From contig OZ246973.1 in assembly GCA_965232445.1 (NCBI GenBank), forward strand, positions 2,483,874 through 2,547,873: a DNA stretch of 64,000 bases, in the 5' to 3' direction. A program made the position numbers and the translations under genes. Below, piece after piece: positions 20,096 through 33,524 of the stretch. The notes under the pieces are model-generated. The model saw nothing but the letters and a program-made list of their open reading frames with translations, had not been told where the DNA came from and searched no databases. Position 1 is the stretch's first letter, and every line of letters starts with the position of its first letter. This DNA is from Woeseiaceae bacterium (GTDB lineage Bacteria; Pseudomonadota; Gammaproteobacteria; Steroidobacterales; Woeseiaceae).

Positions 20096-20145
20096 TCAGA
20101 CGACTGATCACACCGTCAACAAGGAACCCAGAAGGGATACGTTCG

Positions 20146-22085
<1,940 letters not shown>

Positions 22086-22089
<4 letters not shown>

Positions 22090-23372
22090 GCTTCGTCCGC
22101 CTGATCGAGTATCTCGGTCGGCTCGCCGTCGAACTCTTCGGCGGCAGGCTCTTCGGGCGGCGTCAGCGCAACGGTCTCCTTGAGCGGCTCGGTGACGGGC
22201 TCGTGACGCTTGAAGTCGGCAATCTGCCGCTCGTAGGCCTGCACGAACTCCTCCGAGAACAGCGACGGGAAGCGGCCGTTGCCGCGGTCCGTCATGACCG
22301 GGTAGATGTCGCAGTAGAGCTGCCAGTACTTCATCTTGTCGAGGAAGCCGAGCAGCGGCGTGGATTTGATGTCGTCCGCAAAAGCCTGGGTGAGTTCGTC
22401 CGGATCGAATCGATCCGAGAACTCGTTGAAAGCCGCGCTCATGGCTTCCAGGAAGGCATCCTGGTGGAACAGCAGATCGCGGCACACCTCGCGAACGGCA
22501 TCGCGCGGTCCCAGGTACTCGCCCTCACGGCCGACGAGCAGCTGCTGGATCGAGTCCCGGGTGTGCTCCGAGAGCTTCAGCGGATTGTTGTGCCGTGGCA
22601 GGACCATCGTTTGGTCGAGGCTGAATGAGGTCTTGAGGTTCGCCCGGCTGATCAGCAACTTGTTGACGCCCTCGACGAACTCGCGCAGGACTTCGCCCGC
22701 GTTTTGCATGATCTCCGCCAGATCGACCGACGGGTGCAGATCGGCACGGCTCAGGCCCAGGCCGTCGAGGAACGTGTCGACGAGATCGTCCGACGTAACG
22801 CTGACGCGCGTCGGTTGAATAGTGGGTGCCGGCGCCGAGTCCGGTTCCGGTGGTGACTCCGCGCTCTCGAGCGGCGAGATGTCCGTCTTGGCGCCATCGC
22901 CAAACAGCGCGGACTGGAATTCGTCGTCGCCCGTGATTTCTTCTTCGTCGATCAGCGACACACCGGTCTTGAAGGTAGTTTCCGGCACGAGCTGTTCGAT
23001 CCCTGACGGGAAGGTGTCGTCCGAATCCAGCGGTATGGCGATGCTCTCGCCCTGATCGACGGAAACCCGAATCTCGAATTCGCCCATGCGCAGCATGTCG
23101 CCGTGGAACAGCCGCCGCGGATTGTCCTTGCCGATCGGCTCGTACTCACCGTTGACGTAGACGCCGTTCGAACTCAGATCCATCAGGTACCAGATGCCGC
23201 CGCGGTGGTCGATGACGGCGTGTTTGCCGGAGATGTAGCGGTCCGGATCGGGCAGTATCCAGTCGGAGTCCAGCGCGCGACCGATGCTGCCGCCGTCCTC
23301 GTCGAATTCGCGAATGGCGTCGTCGCCGACGATCTCGGAATGCTCACTGACGATCTCGAGCGTTAGGGGCAT
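22086..23372 (-). CDS. FHA-domain protein, TagH-like (type VI secretion-associated FHA family)
   Basis: [15 protein letters not shown]...[49 protein letters not shown] matches the TagH/Fha1 N-terminal FHA pattern. The start is re-called to ATG 23372. Its stop overlaps the acs stop (TTAG at 22086-22089). Confidence 0.8.
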
Positions 23373-23698
23373 ACTGATTCCCTGCCATGCGGGACGGCCC
23401 AATGCCGCACCTGTTCGGGTCCTGACTACGAATTCTGCGCGCAATCAATGGCCTACGCTGATACACAGTTCACATAATCGTTGGCCAGGAGCGGTCCCGG
23501 GGCCGTGGATAGGCGCCACGGGACCATATTCGGCGGCAACGGCTTTCCGGCCGGGGCGACGAACGCCGAGTGCCCGTTTCCACGCCGCGACAGTGATCGG
23601 CACTCACATCCGTCGCCCGAAGTCGGGTGCCGGCTCGGCGGCGTCCACGCGTCAGGGATTCCGGTAAACTGCATGGCCCGGAAGCACAACGCGGCGGC

Positions 23699-24025
23699 AT
23701 GTCGGACAAACAGATTTTCAAAGTGATCTTCATGGCTCAGGGGCAGGTGTACGAGGTGTACGCCCGCAGCGTCGGTCACGGCGACCTGTTCGGTTTCGTC
23801 GAGGTCGAACAGCTGGTCTTCGGCGAACGTTCGAGCGTCGTGGTCGACCCCTCAGAGGAGAAGATCAAGACCGAGTTCGAGAACGTCCGGCGCACGTGGC
23901 TGCCGATGCACTCGATCGTGCGCATCGACGAGGTCGACAAGCAGGGCCAAAGCAAGATCTCGAAGATGGAGGGCGGAAACGTCGCGCAGTTCCCGATGCC
24001 GATCTACACGCCGACGGATACCTGA
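23699..24025 (+). CDS. DUF1820-like small protein
   Basis: MSDKQIFKVIFMAQGQVYEVYARSV...FGFVEVEQLVFGERSSVVVDPSEEKIKTEFENVRRTWLPMHSIVRIDEV resembles the DUF1820 family as I remember it. The start is re-called to ATG 23699. Confidence 0.72.
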   Translation: MSDKQIFKVIFMAQGQVYEVYARSVGHGDLFGFVEVEQLVFGERSSVVVDPSEEKIKTEFENVRRTWLPMHSIVRIDEVDKQGQSKISKMEGGNVAQFPMPIYTPTDT

Positions 24026-24105
24026 CCGCGAACGTCTGAACAGCGGCCGGGGAATGTCCCGACCGGCCCGAATCGCTTTCCCCACGCGGGCTCTGGAGAT
24101 CGCGA

Positions 24106-27100
24106 ATGCCGACCGGTATCATCGCGGCTTTGAGCGCCCCACCGGTCAGTACCTTGTCGAAACCTGCAACCCTGGCAACGCCCTCCGTCGATGTTCTGGA
24201 GCTGGCGGGCCAGTCCGCGTTGTCCGACTTCCGTCTCGCCAAACTTACGCGGAGACTGCAGCGCCTGGACCCGCGCGTCACCGGGCTGGAGGCGCGATTC
24301 ACCTACTTTGTCGACCTCCGCGAGTCGTTGTCGGCGAAGAATCGCGAACGGCTGGAGGCCATCCTCCTGTCCGGCGACAAGCCGGGCAAATTCTCACGCG
24401 GCGCGAAGACCATCATCGTCGTGCCGCGGCCCGGAACGATCTCGCCGTGGTCGTCCAAGGCGACGGATATCGCGCGAGCCTGCGATCTCGACGAGGTTAG
24501 TCGAATCGAACGCGGTATCGCTTACGCGATCAGCTTCAAGGGCAAGGCCGAACAAGGCGACGCATTCAACCTCTCGCCACAGCTGTTCGACCGGATGACC
24601 GAGGCCGTGCTCGGCTCCGGTGACGAAGCCGCTCTGTTGTTCGAGCATCATGAGCCGGCCCCGCTCGGCATCGTCGAACTCGGCGACGACGGCCAGGCAG
24701 CACTGCGTCAGGCGAACGGCGATCTCGGCCTGGCGCTCTCCGACGATGAGATCGACTATCTGGTCGAGAACTACGCGCGGCTGGAACGCGATCCGACGGA
24801 CGCGGAACTGATGATGTTCGCGCAAGCGAACTCCGAACACTGCCGGCACAAGATCTTCAACGCGACGTGGACCGTCGACGGCCAGCCGCAGGACAAGAGT
24901 CTGTTCGCGATGATCCGATCGACGACGGAGGCGCAACCGGATGGCGTGATCTCCGCCTATTCGGACAATGCAGCCGTCATTGCCGGCGCCACGGGTTCGC
25001 GGCTGATGCCGGAGCGCGAAACCCGCGAGTACGGATTTGCCGACGAGCCGATCCATATCCTGATGAAGGTGGAGACGCACAACCACCCGACGGCGATCTC
25101 GCCGTTCCCCGGTGCGGCGACCGGTTCCGGCGGAGAGATTCGCGACGAGGGCGCCACGGGGCTGGGTGCGAAGCCGAAGGCCGGATTGACCGGCTTCACC
25201 GTGTCACACCTGCGAGTGCCGGGCTACGAACAACCGTGGGAGATTGATTTCCCGCATCCGGACCGCATGGCGACCCCGCTCGAGATCATGATCGAGGGGC
25301 CGATTGGCGGTGCGGCATTCAACAACGAATTCGGCCGGCCGAATCTTGCCGGCTACTTCCGCACCTACGAGAGCGCGTTGCCCTGGCTGCCGGAAGGCGA
25401 GATTCGCGGCTATCACAAGCCGATCATGATCGCGGGCGGCGTCGGCAACGTCCGCGAGGAGCATGCGACCAAGATCGACGTGCCGGTCGGTGCGAAGCTT
25501 GTCGTGCTCGGCGGCCCGGCCATGCTGATCGGGCTCGGCGGCGGCGCGGCATCGAGCGTTGCGAGCGGCACGTCCAGCGAAGACCTCGACTACGCCTCCG
25601 TGCAGCGCGGCAATCCCGAGATCGAGAGACGCGCGCAGGAGGTCATCGATCGCTGCTGGGCGATGGGTCCCGGCAATCCGATTCTCCTGATCCACGACGT
25701 CGGTGCGGGCGGCCTGTCGAACGCCGTGCCCGAAGCCGTCGATCACAGCAAGCACGGCGCTCGGATCGAACTCCGCGAAGTCGACAACGCCGAGCCTGGT
25801 ATGTCGCCGATGGCGATCTGGTGCAACGAAGCCCAGGAACGCTACGTGCTCATCATCGGCGAAGACCGGCTCGACGAGTTCGAGGCGATTTGCCGGCGCG
25901 AGCGGTGTCCGCACTCGGTGATTGGCGAACTCACCGACGACGAACGTCTCGTCGTCAACGACAGCGCGTTTGGCAACAAGGCCGTCGACATGCCGATGCA
26001 GATGCTGCTCGGCAACCCGCCGAAGATGCACCGCGAGGCGAGCCGCGAGCAACCGTCAGTCGGTCAGCTGAGTCTCGACGGCATCGAACTGGAAGAGGCG
26101 GCGCTTCGCGTGCTGCGTTTCCCGGCGGTCGCCGACAAATCGTTCCTGATCCATATCGGTGATCGCACCGTGGGCGGGTTATCCGTACGCGACCAGCTCA
26201 TCGGCCCCTGGCAGGTACCCGTATCCGACGTTGCGATTACGGCGTCCTCGTTCGGCGCGACCACCGGTGAGGCGATGGCCATGGGCGAACGCACGCCAGT
26301 TGCCACGGTCGACGCCCCAGCCTCGGGGCGCCTCGCCGTCGCGGAAGCGATCACCAACATCGCCGCGGCGCCCATCGACTCGATCAACGACGTGCGGCTA
26401 TCCGCGAACTGGATGGCCGCCGCGGGCCACGCCGGTGAGGATGCGCGGCTGTACGATACGGTCAAGGCGGTGGCCGACGAATTCTGCCGCGATCTGGGCG
26501 TTGCGATTCCTGTCGGCAAGGACTCCATGTCACTGCGTACGCGCTGGCAGGAAGAGGGCGACGACTACAGCGTTGTGGCGCCGGTGTCGCTGATCGTGTC
26601 CGCGTTCGCGCCGGTGACGGATCATCGCAAACACCTGACACCCGAACTCAAGAAGGTGGAGGAACAGAGTTACCTGCTGCTGTTCGACCTCGGGCGCGGC
26701 CGTAATCGACTCGGCGCATCCTGCCTCGCGCAGTCGTACGCTCTGACCGGCGGGGAACCCGCGGATCTCGAGGATGCGGACGCGCTGAAGCGGCTGTTCG
26801 CCGCGGTACAGGAACTCGGCAAGCGCGACATGCTGCTGGCGTATCACGATCGCAGCGATGGCGGACTGCTCGCCTGCGTCGCCGAGATGATGTTCGCAAG
26901 CCGCCTCGGTGCGACGCTCACGTTGAGCGGCTCGCGTCGCGACCTGCTGGCACAGCTCTTCAATGAAGAGATCGGCGCCGTTGTGCAGGTACCGAAGGCC
27001 AAGCTGACGCAGGTTCAGATGACGCTGGACCGGCATGGAGTCGAAGCGACCGCGATCGGCCGCGTGGAGCCGGATGCCGTCCTCACGGTACGCGACAGCA

Positions 27101-28071
27101 GCGATATCGTGCTCGAACTCGACCGAAAGACATTGCAGCGCGCGTGGTCGGAGACCAGCTATCGGATACAGTCGTTGAGAGACAACCCGGCAACGGCGCA
27201 GCAGGAATACGACCGTATCCTCGACGACAGCGATCCGGGCCTCAATGCCAGGCTGAGCTTCGATCCGAACGACGATGTCGCGAGAACGTTCCGCGGCGCT
27301 ACAAGGCCACGGGTGGCGATCCTGCGAGAGCAGGGCGTGAATAGTCAGAACGAGATGGCGGCTGCGTTCATGCACGCCGGCTTTGCCGCGGTGGACGTGC
27401 ACATGAGCGATCTGCTCGAAGGCCGCGACGATCTGTCCGGCTACCAGGGGCTCGTGGCCTGCGGCGGATTTTCGTTTGGCGACGTACTCGGCGCCGGCGG
27501 CGGCTGGGCAAAGTCGATTCTCTTCCATAGCCGTACTCGCGATCAGTTCGCTGCATTCTTCGAGCGTGGCGATACGTTCGCGCTGGGCGTCTGCAATGGC
27601 TGTCAGATGATGTCGCATCTCCGCGAGCTGATTCCGGGCGCCAGTCATTGGCCGCGATTCCTTAAGAACACGTCGGAGCAGTTCGAGGCGCGACTGTCGC
27701 TGGTCGAAGTTCTGGAGAGCCCGTCGCTATTCCTCAATGGGATGGCCGGTTCACGCTTGCCGATTGCGACCTCGCACGGCGAGGGCCGCGCGGAATTCGC
27801 GTCGGAGGCCGATCGCTACTCGGCTTCCTACACCATCGCGGCACGCTATGTGGACAACTACGGCGAGGTTGCCGATACGTATCCGGCGAATCCGAACGGT
27901 TCGCTCGACGGTATTTGCGGACTCAGCAACGAGGACGGCCGGGTGACGATCATGATGCCGCATCCGGAGCGCGTTGCTTTCACGTCACAAAATTCCTGGC
28001 ATCCGAAGGAGTGGGGCAAGGACGGCCCATGGATGCGGATGTTCCGTAACGTCAGACTCGCCGTAGGGTGA
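24106..28071 (+). CDS. purL: phosphoribosylformylglycinamidine synthase, single-chain large form
   Basis: 1321 aa containing all three modules, ending in the glutaminase domain ([15 protein letters not shown]). The start may lie slightly downstream of 24106, but I see no better start codon. Confidence 0.96.
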   Translation: MPTGIIAALSAPPVSTLSKPATLATPSVDVLELAGQSALSDFRLAKLTRRLQRLDPRVTGLEARFTYFVDLRESLSAKNRERLEAILLSGDKPGKFSRGAKTIIVVPRPGTISPWSSKATDIARACDLDEVSRIERGIAYAISFKGKAEQGDAFNLSPQLFDRMTEAVLGSGDEAALLFEHHEPAPLGIVELGDDGQAALRQANGDLGLALSDDEIDYLVENYARLERDPTDAELMMFAQANSEHCRHKIFNATWTVDGQPQDKSLFAMIRSTTEAQPDGVISAYSDNAAVIAGATGSRLMPERETREYGFADEPIHILMKVETHNHPTAISPFPGAATGSGGEIRDEGATGLGAKPKAGLTGFTVSHLRVPGYEQPWEIDFPHPDRMATPLEIMIEGPIGGAAFNNEFGRPNLAGYFRTYESALPWLPEGEIRGYHKPIMIAGGVGNVREEHATKIDVPVGAKLVVLGGPAMLIGLGGGAASSVASGTSSEDLDYASVQRGNPEIERRAQEVIDRCWAMGPGNPILLIHDVGAGGLSNAVPEAVDHSKHGARIELREVDNAEPGMSPMAIWCNEAQERYVLIIGEDRLDEFEAICRRERCPHSVIGELTDDERLVVNDSAFGNKAVDMPMQMLLGNPPKMHREASREQPSVGQLSLDGIELEEAALRVLRFPAVADKSFLIHIGDRTVGGLSVRDQLIGPWQVPVSDVAITASSFGATTGEAMAMGERTPVATVDAPASGRLAVAEAITNIAAAPIDSINDVRLSANWMAAAGHAGEDARLYDTVKAVADEFCRDLGVAIPVGKDSMSLRTRWQEEGDDYSVVAPVSLIVSAFAPVTDHRKHLTPELKKVEEQSYLLLFDLGRGRNRLGASCLAQSYALTGGEPADLEDADALKRLFAAVQELGKRDMLLAYHDRSDGGLLACVAEMMFASRLGATLTLSGSRRDLLAQLFNEEIGAVVQVPKAKLTQVQMTLDRHGVEATAIGRVEPDAVLTVRDSSDIVLELDRKTLQRAWSETSYRIQSLRDNPATAQQEYDRILDDSDPGLNARLSFDPNDDVARTFRGATRPRVAILREQGVNSQNEMAAAFMHAGFAAVDVHMSDLLEGRDDLSGYQGLVACGGFSFGDVLGAGGGWAKSILFHSRTRDQFAAFFERGDTFALGVCNGCQMMSHLRELIPGASHWPRFLKNTSEQFEARLSLVEVLESPSLFLNGMAGSRLPIATSHGEGRAEFASEADRYSASYTIAARYVDNYGEVADTYPANPNGSLDGICGLSNEDGRVTIMMPHPERVAFTSQNSWHPKEWGKDGPWMRMFRNVRLAVG

Positions 28072-28664
28072 CGGCATTGTCCGAACGCCAGAATGACGAG
28101 ATGCCCGGCCGCTTCCTGCGCGAGCACCCCGCATTCATCGTCTCGGGGCTGTATGTTTTCGCGACGGCCATTGGCATGTTCTTCGCCTGGAGCTACCTGC
28201 GGCACTTCGGCATTAACGTTTTCCTCTACGCCGAGATCAGCGACTTCCTGCTGGCGTCCTTCAAGGACCCGGTCATCTGGCCGGTTGTCTTCGTCATGAC
28301 CGCCGCGTGGTACCTCGATGTGCGTGCAAGCAAGCGCTGGGGGTCACGCGAGCGCAAGCGCGGTCTGCGCTGGTACGGCACGAGGACTTATCGCCGATTG
28401 AGCTACCCATCCGCGCTGCTCGCGCTGGTTTTCATTCTCAATCTGGCAGCGGGGGACGAAGCCGACGATGCGCGCAATGGCTACGGCAACGTCGTGACCA
28501 TCAATCTGGCGGATGCGAACAGCGGTCGAACCGGCGTGCTGTTGGAGACCACGGCACGCTTCGTCTTTCTGTTCGATCCGAACACCCAAGTGGTGCACGT
28601 GCATCCGCACGAGAGCATCGCGGAGATATCGTTCATCGCTCCGGAAGACCCGAACGCGGAGTAG
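28068..28664 (+). CDS. hypothetical membrane protein
   Basis: 198 aa with three hydrophobic segments ([47 protein letters not shown]). The GTG start overlaps the purL TGA (GTGA). Confidence 0.55.
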   Translation: MTALSERQNDEMPGRFLREHPAFIVSGLYVFATAIGMFFAWSYLRHFGINVFLYAEISDFLLASFKDPVIWPVVFVMTAAWYLDVRASKRWGSRERKRGLRWYGTRTYRRLSYPSALLALVFILNLAAGDEADDARNGYGNVVTINLADANSGRTGVLLETTARFVFLFDPNTQVVHVHPHESIAEISFIAPEDPNAE

Positions 28665-28735
28665 GGCGAACCGCACGCGTTTGAGCCGGTCGAGGACCGG
28701 CGCTAGTCTTTCAGGCACGGGCGAGCGGAGCGTCA

Positions 28736-29410
28736 ATGAACCTGCGCAATACCATCATCGCGGCGGCGCTGGCACTGATTGTTGCAGTGCTGATCCTCCG
28801 CTTCGTCGCATCGGTGCATGTCGATCGGGGCTGCTCCGGGCCGCGGCCCTGTGCGCTGCCCGACGGTTCGACAGTCGACTGGGTGCGCACGGTGCCCGCA
28901 GCGAACGGCCGCCGGGCCGCACAGACCCGAGACGGTAGAGGTGGCTCTTCGTTCGAATCCGATTGGGAGCAGCCGTATTCGCACGACGATTCGATCAATG
29001 CCCTGACCCTTCTCGAGATCACGGACGACCTCTCGTTCGACGATCTGGTCGCCGAACTGCGCCGCCAATCGAATCCGTCAGGGAGCGAGCACCGGCCGTT
29101 GTTCGAGACTCTGGTCAACGACCATCCAAGCAGTCTCGACGGATTCGTCACGCTGAATCTGATCGTCTGCGGAGCGATGCTCTGTGTCGCGGAGTTGCGA
29201 AGTGCCGACGCCGAGACACTCGGCCGGCTGATAAGGGACGTTACAGAGTCGGAGACCTTCGCCGGCCGGGTGATTGCCGAGCTCCCGGGAAGCCGGATCT
29301 ACACGCAGGGCGTGTCCCGCCGGCTTGCGTTTGCGAATGACGCCGTTGTCGTGGAAGCCGCGGATCCGGAGGAGCGAGTGTCGCGAGACGGGGAGGACGG
29401 CGAGAACTAG
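28736..29410 (+). CDS. hypothetical membrane-anchored protein
   Basis: 224 aa with a single N-terminal TM segment (IIAAALALIVAVLILRFV) and an acidic C-terminus. No motif recognised. Confidence 0.5.
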   Translation: MNLRNTIIAAALALIVAVLILRFVASVHVDRGCSGPRPCALPDGSTVDWVRTVPAANGRRAAQTRDGRGGSSFESDWEQPYSHDDSINALTLLEITDDLSFDDLVAELRRQSNPSGSEHRPLFETLVNDHPSSLDGFVTLNLIVCGAMLCVAELRSADAETLGRLIRDVTESETFAGRVIAELPGSRIYTQGVSRRLAFANDAVVVEAADPEERVSRDGEDGEN

Positions 29411-29428
29411 CGGGGGCTAAGGCTCGCC

Positions 29429-30115
29429 TCAGGCGGTCGACGCCAGATTGCCGTCCTCGACGAAGAACCGTCGAACCTTGATGGCGCGCGTGAGCTTCCC
29501 TTCGCGCACGAAGCACTGATAGAACATGTCCTTGAGAACCTCCAGCAGGACGCCCGCCTGCACGCGGTTCAACAGCGGAAGCTCTTCCTCTTCGCCCGTG
29601 TCGAACAGCACGGACTTGATCGGTGCGAACGCATCGTCGTCGATACCCGCGAGGTCCTGGGCAATCAGCACTTCCTCGAAGGCGCGCAGCTTGCCACCCT
29701 CGCCGAGCGCCTCGAACGCGCTTGCCGCGGAGCGACGGCACATCGACGCGAAGGCGTTGAAGCTGTTGCTCGAGTAACAGGTGAGCGCTTCGCGGAACAG
29801 GATTTCCGTGTGTTTCGGCAGATACGAGAACGCAAAGCGCTCTTTCGGCCGTTCCAGTTCGGCGAAATTCCGGTAGAGCTCGACGTGGTCGTCGCCGATC
29901 TCCTTGATCGCGAAGCGCAGGAATACGGGCGCGCTGCAGGCGTCGCACTGATACACGATGCCGACATGTTTGGGACGCGTCTTGATCAGGTGGGCCGCAC
30001 TCGGCACGGACTGCGGCGACATGTGTGCGTACACGCCGCAGTACGGGCACTCGAGCCCGAGCCGGCCCTCGTCATCGCTCGCGAGGCCGTCCGTTCTGTG
30101 CAGATGAATCGCCAT
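29429..30115 (-). CDS. zinc-ribbon + DUF4145-like protein
   Basis: 228 aa. The N-terminal CPYC...(33 aa)...CDAC gives a four-Cys ribbon. The helical C-terminal region (FREALTCYSSNSFNAFASMCRRSAASAFEALG) resembles DUF4145 as I remember it. Confidence 0.6.
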   Translation of the reverse strand: MAIHLHRTDGLASDDEGRLGLECPYCGVYAHMSPQSVPSAAHLIKTRPKHVGIVYQCDACSAPVFLRFAIKEIGDDHVELYRNFAELERPKERFAFSYLPKHTEILFREALTCYSSNSFNAFASMCRRSAASAFEALGEGGKLRAFEEVLIAQDLAGIDDDAFAPIKSVLFDTGEEEELPLLNRVQAGVLLEVLKDMFYQCFVREGKLTRAIKVRRFFVEDGNLASTA

Positions 30116-30230
30116 CGTTGTTGTGGTCTTTTCTGCCTGTCTGTGCCGCTCAGCGCTTGCGCTGGCAGCCGTGTAATCCAGTATGCATCAGGGACTTAAG
30201 CACTGAACCAGCGTTGAACATAATACGGAA

Positions 30231-30896
30231 TTAAGTCCCGCCCTGTTGCCAGTTTCCGACCGCGGCCCGGGCCGCATCGTTCACCGGGCGTGCGATGAGC
30301 GCGTCCCGGCTCAACGACACTTCGAAGCGGGCGCCGTCGGCCATCGGAACGTAAGTCGCCGTGCCGTAGTAGGCGTCGATACCCGGTGTGAGCGCCGGAT
30401 ACTCCTGCGCGAGGTTCCAGATGTCGAGCGCGCGGTCCTCGGCCAGTGCGTGCACGGTGCGCGGTTCCGACCTTTCCCGTTCGATGTCGGAGTAGCGGCC
30501 GCTGATGCGCTCGAGGCGGTAGATCGGATCGAGGCCGAGTATCGTCGCCGGCGCTTTCCACGTGACGACGCGGGCGTCCATCTGCCACTCGTCCCCCTGC
30601 ATCGGCAGGAACTGGTCGAGCCGGCCATCGATCATCAGCCGTGCCGTGTATTCGTTGGGCGCCTCTTCGCTGAATTCGATCGAGGCCACCACCACTTCCT
30701 CGGTCAGCCGGCCATAGCTGTAGAGGCTGGACAGCAGAATGGCGCCGACCGCGGCAACCGCGGCAAACACAATCCCACCCACGAGCGATCCGCTCGCGCG
30801 CATCAACCTGCCTTTGAACAGGTGGCGTACGGTCGTAAACGCGAAGGCGACTGCGACTAGCGTGACGACCGCGGTTATGGCCAGAATCATGTTCAT
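30231..30896 (-). CDS. hypothetical membrane protein
   Basis: 221 aa with two N-terminal TM segments (ILAITAVVTLVAVAFAF, LVGGIVFAAVAAVGAILL) and a soluble domain of about 150 aa. Confidence 0.62.
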   Translation of the reverse strand: MNMILAITAVVTLVAVAFAFTTVRHLFKGRLMRASGSLVGGIVFAAVAAVGAILLSSLYSYGRLTEEVVVASIEFSEEAPNEYTARLMIDGRLDQFLPMQGDEWQMDARVVTWKAPATILGLDPIYRLERISGRYSDIERERSEPRTVHALAEDRALDIWNLAQEYPALTPGIDAYYGTATYVPMADGARFEVSLSRDALIARPVNDAARAAVGNWQQGGT

Positions 30897-30912
30897 CGAC
30901 AGTCGGCTCGGG

Positions 30913-32586
30913 TCAGGTCTCCAGACGCTTGTATTTTATCCGATGCGGATTGTCGGCGTCCGCGCCAAGCCGGCGCTTGCGGTCCTCTTCGTAGTCGGCG
31001 TAGTTGCCGTTGAAGAACACGACCTTGCTGTCGCCCTCGAAGGCGAGGATGTGCGTGGCGATGCGATCCAGGAACCAGCGATCATGCGATATGACGATCG
31101 CGGAACCGGGAAACTCGAGCAAGGCCTGCTCGAGCGCTCGTAGGGTCTCGACATCGAGATCGTTGGTCGGCTCGTCGAGCAGCAGCAGATTGCCGCCGGC
31201 GCGCAGCATCTTGGCCAGATGAACGCGGTTGCGCTCACCGCCGGACAAGAGCCCGATTTTCTTCTGCTGGTCGCCGCCGCGGAAGTTGAAGCGGCCGACG
31301 TAGGCGCGCGACGACGTTTCGTAGTTGCCGACCTTGAGGATGTCCTGGCCTTCGGAGATTTCCTCCCAGACGGTCTTGCCGTCGTCGAGGCTCTCGCGCG
31401 ACTGATCGACCGCGGCCACCTGGACCGTATCGCCGACGCGGACGGACCCGGAGACGGGCTGCTCCGAACCGGTGATCATCCGGAAGAACGTCGTCTTGCC
31501 GGCACCGTTCGGCCCGATGATGCCCATGATCCCGCCCGGCGGCAGCATGAAGCTCAAATCGTCGATGAGCAGCTTGTCGCCGAAGCCCTTGCTCAGGTTT
31601 TCGACCTCCAGCACGACGTCGCCAAGCCTCGGACCCGGCGGAATGTAGATCTCGTTGGTCTCGTTGCGCTTCTGATAGTCCTGCGACGAGATTTCCTCGA
31701 ATTGCTTGAGGCGCGCCTTCGACTTGGCATGGCGGCCTTTGGGGTTCGTGCGCACCCATTCGAGTTCGGCCTGCATCGCCTTCTGGCGGGCTTTCTCGGT
31801 GGCCTCTTCGGTCTGGAGCCGTTTCTCTTTCTGGTCCAGCCAGGACGAGTAGTTGCCCTCCCATGGAATGCCGTGTCCGCGGTCGAGCTCGAGGATCCAG
31901 CCCGCCACGTTGTCGAGGAAGTAGCGATCGTGAGTTACCGCGATGACGGTGCTCGGGTACTCGTCGAGAAAGCGTTCCAGCCATGCCACGGATTCGGCGT
32001 CGAGATGGTTCGTCGGCTCGTCGAGCAGCAGCATGTCGGGCTGCGACAACAGTAGCCGGCACAGCGCGACCCGGCGCTTCTCGCCGCCGGAGAGTTTGGT
32101 GACGTCCGCGTCCCACGGCGGCAGCCGCAGCGCGTCGGCGGCAATCTCCAGCTTGCGGTCCAGCTCCCAGGCTCCCGCCGAATCGATCGCATCCTGCAGC
32201 TTGCCCTGCTCTTCGAGCAGTGCATTCATCTCGTCGTCGTCCATCGGCTCGGCGAACTTCATGCTGATCTCATTGAAGCGATCGATCAGCGCTTTGGTCT
32301 CCGCGACGCCTTCCTCGACGTTGCCGCGCACGTCCTTCTCGGGATCGAGCTCCGGCTCCTGAGGCAGGTAACCGACGTTGATCCCCGGCTGCGGCCGGGC
32401 TTCGCCGTCGATCTCAGTATCGATACCGGCCATGATCCGCAGTAGCGTCGACTTGCCGGCACCGTTCAGGCCGAGGACACCGATCTTGGCACCCGGGAAG
32501 AAGGACAGAGAGATATCGCGAAGGATGAACCGCTTCGGTGACACGACCTTGGCCACGCGATTCATCGTATAGATGTATTGCGCCAT
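30913..32586 (-). CDS. ettA: energy-dependent translational throttle protein EttA (ABC-F ATPase)
   Basis: [54 protein letters not shown] is near-identical in pattern to E. coli EttA. There are two ABC cassettes. The start is re-called to ATG 32586. Confidence 0.97.
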   Translation of the reverse strand: MAQYIYTMNRVAKVVSPKRFILRDISLSFFPGAKIGVLGLNGAGKSTLLRIMAGIDTEIDGEARPQPGINVGYLPQEPELDPEKDVRGNVEEGVAETKALIDRFNEISMKFAEPMDDDEMNALLEEQGKLQDAIDSAGAWELDRKLEIAADALRLPPWDADVTKLSGGEKRRVALCRLLLSQPDMLLLDEPTNHLDAESVAWLERFLDEYPSTVIAVTHDRYFLDNVAGWILELDRGHGIPWEGNYSSWLDQKEKRLQTEEATEKARQKAMQAELEWVRTNPKGRHAKSKARLKQFEEISSQDYQKRNETNEIYIPPGPRLGDVVLEVENLSKGFGDKLLIDDLSFMLPPGGIMGIIGPNGAGKTTFFRMITGSEQPVSGSVRVGDTVQVAAVDQSRESLDDGKTVWEEISEGQDILKVGNYETSSRAYVGRFNFRGGDQQKKIGLLSGGERNRVHLAKMLRAGGNLLLLDEPTNDLDVETLRALEQALLEFPGSAIVISHDRWFLDRIATHILAFEGDSKVVFFNGNYADYEEDRKRRLGADADNPHRIKYKRLET

Positions 32587-32728
32587 TAGAGAGATTCTGA
32601 GAGTTGGACAGCGCGCATTATCCGGCAAGTGCCACGGTCGCCGTCAAGGCGTAATTGACGGCTCTGAGCGAATTACCGCCGGCCGCGTCCGGCACGAGCG
32701 TGGTCCTGCCAGGCCGCGGGGAATTGCT

Positions 32729-33358
32729 CTACTGATCGCACACGTTCCAGAGTTTCTCGTGACAGGCCGATTCGCCGAACGACTCGCGTCCGTCGCAGGT
32801 CGCTGCAAATCCGTTGCCGAACGCCGCCTGGGCGTACGCACAAAAATCGTTGAGCGACTGGCAGGCGGTCTCGCTGCCGCTGTGGGTTCCCTCGAACACC
32901 ATGCCGCCGCCCACTTCGTCCTTGAATGTCTTCAATGTCATACCGCAGGGCACGACGTTCCCCGACATCATCAGCATCTCTCCGGCATTGCACTGCAGGC
33001 GCAGGTTCTCCCGGCCGCACCAGTCCCGCCGGACGACGATTTCGCCATCGGCCTCGTCCAGGATGGCCTGGTAGTCGGCCCCCGATTGACGTGCGCTGTC
33101 GAGCGCCGCGCAAGTCGCCTCGTCCAATTCGCCGGATTCGGACAGCTGATTGCCGTTCTGAAATTCGCTGATTGCTCGTGCCGTGGCCTGACCCCACAGG
33201 CCGTCGATCGCGCCCGGATCGAAATCGAGGGCGCGCAGCGTCGCCTGGGACAGCCGGACGTCGCAGGCAGGGTCGGCCGCGAACGCTGTTCGCGATTGAA
33301 TGGACGACGCTATCGCCAGAACGATGATGAGGACAGCGATTAACGGTCTGGTACGCAT
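32729..33358 (-). CDS. secreted protein with peptidoglycan-binding (PG_binding_1-like) domain and Cys-rich C-terminal domain
   Basis: Signal peptide, then LDFDPGAIDGLWGQATARAISEFQNGNQL (PG-binding repeat pattern). The C-terminal ~110 aa carry eight Cys. Confidence 0.7.
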   Translation of the reverse strand: MRTRPLIAVLIIVLAIASSIQSRTAFAADPACDVRLSQATLRALDFDPGAIDGLWGQATARAISEFQNGNQLSESGELDEATCAALDSARQSGADYQAILDEADGEIVVRRDWCGRENLRLQCNAGEMLMMSGNVVPCGMTLKTFKDEVGGGMVFEGTHSGSETACQSLNDFCAYAQAAFGNGFAATCDGRESFGESACHEKLWNVCDQ

Positions 33359-33524
33359 TTCAATATTCCTCCGCTGCGGTTCCGTGGTCGGTGGTAAAAG
33401 TTGTTCTCAACCGTGGCAACTCGCGGAATCCTCGCAACTCCCGGTCGGACTCGCCCGATCAGCCATCAAACGACAATGCCACGTTCCGACGGACGCGAGG
33501 TCGACTGGTTACAAACTGCTGGCA

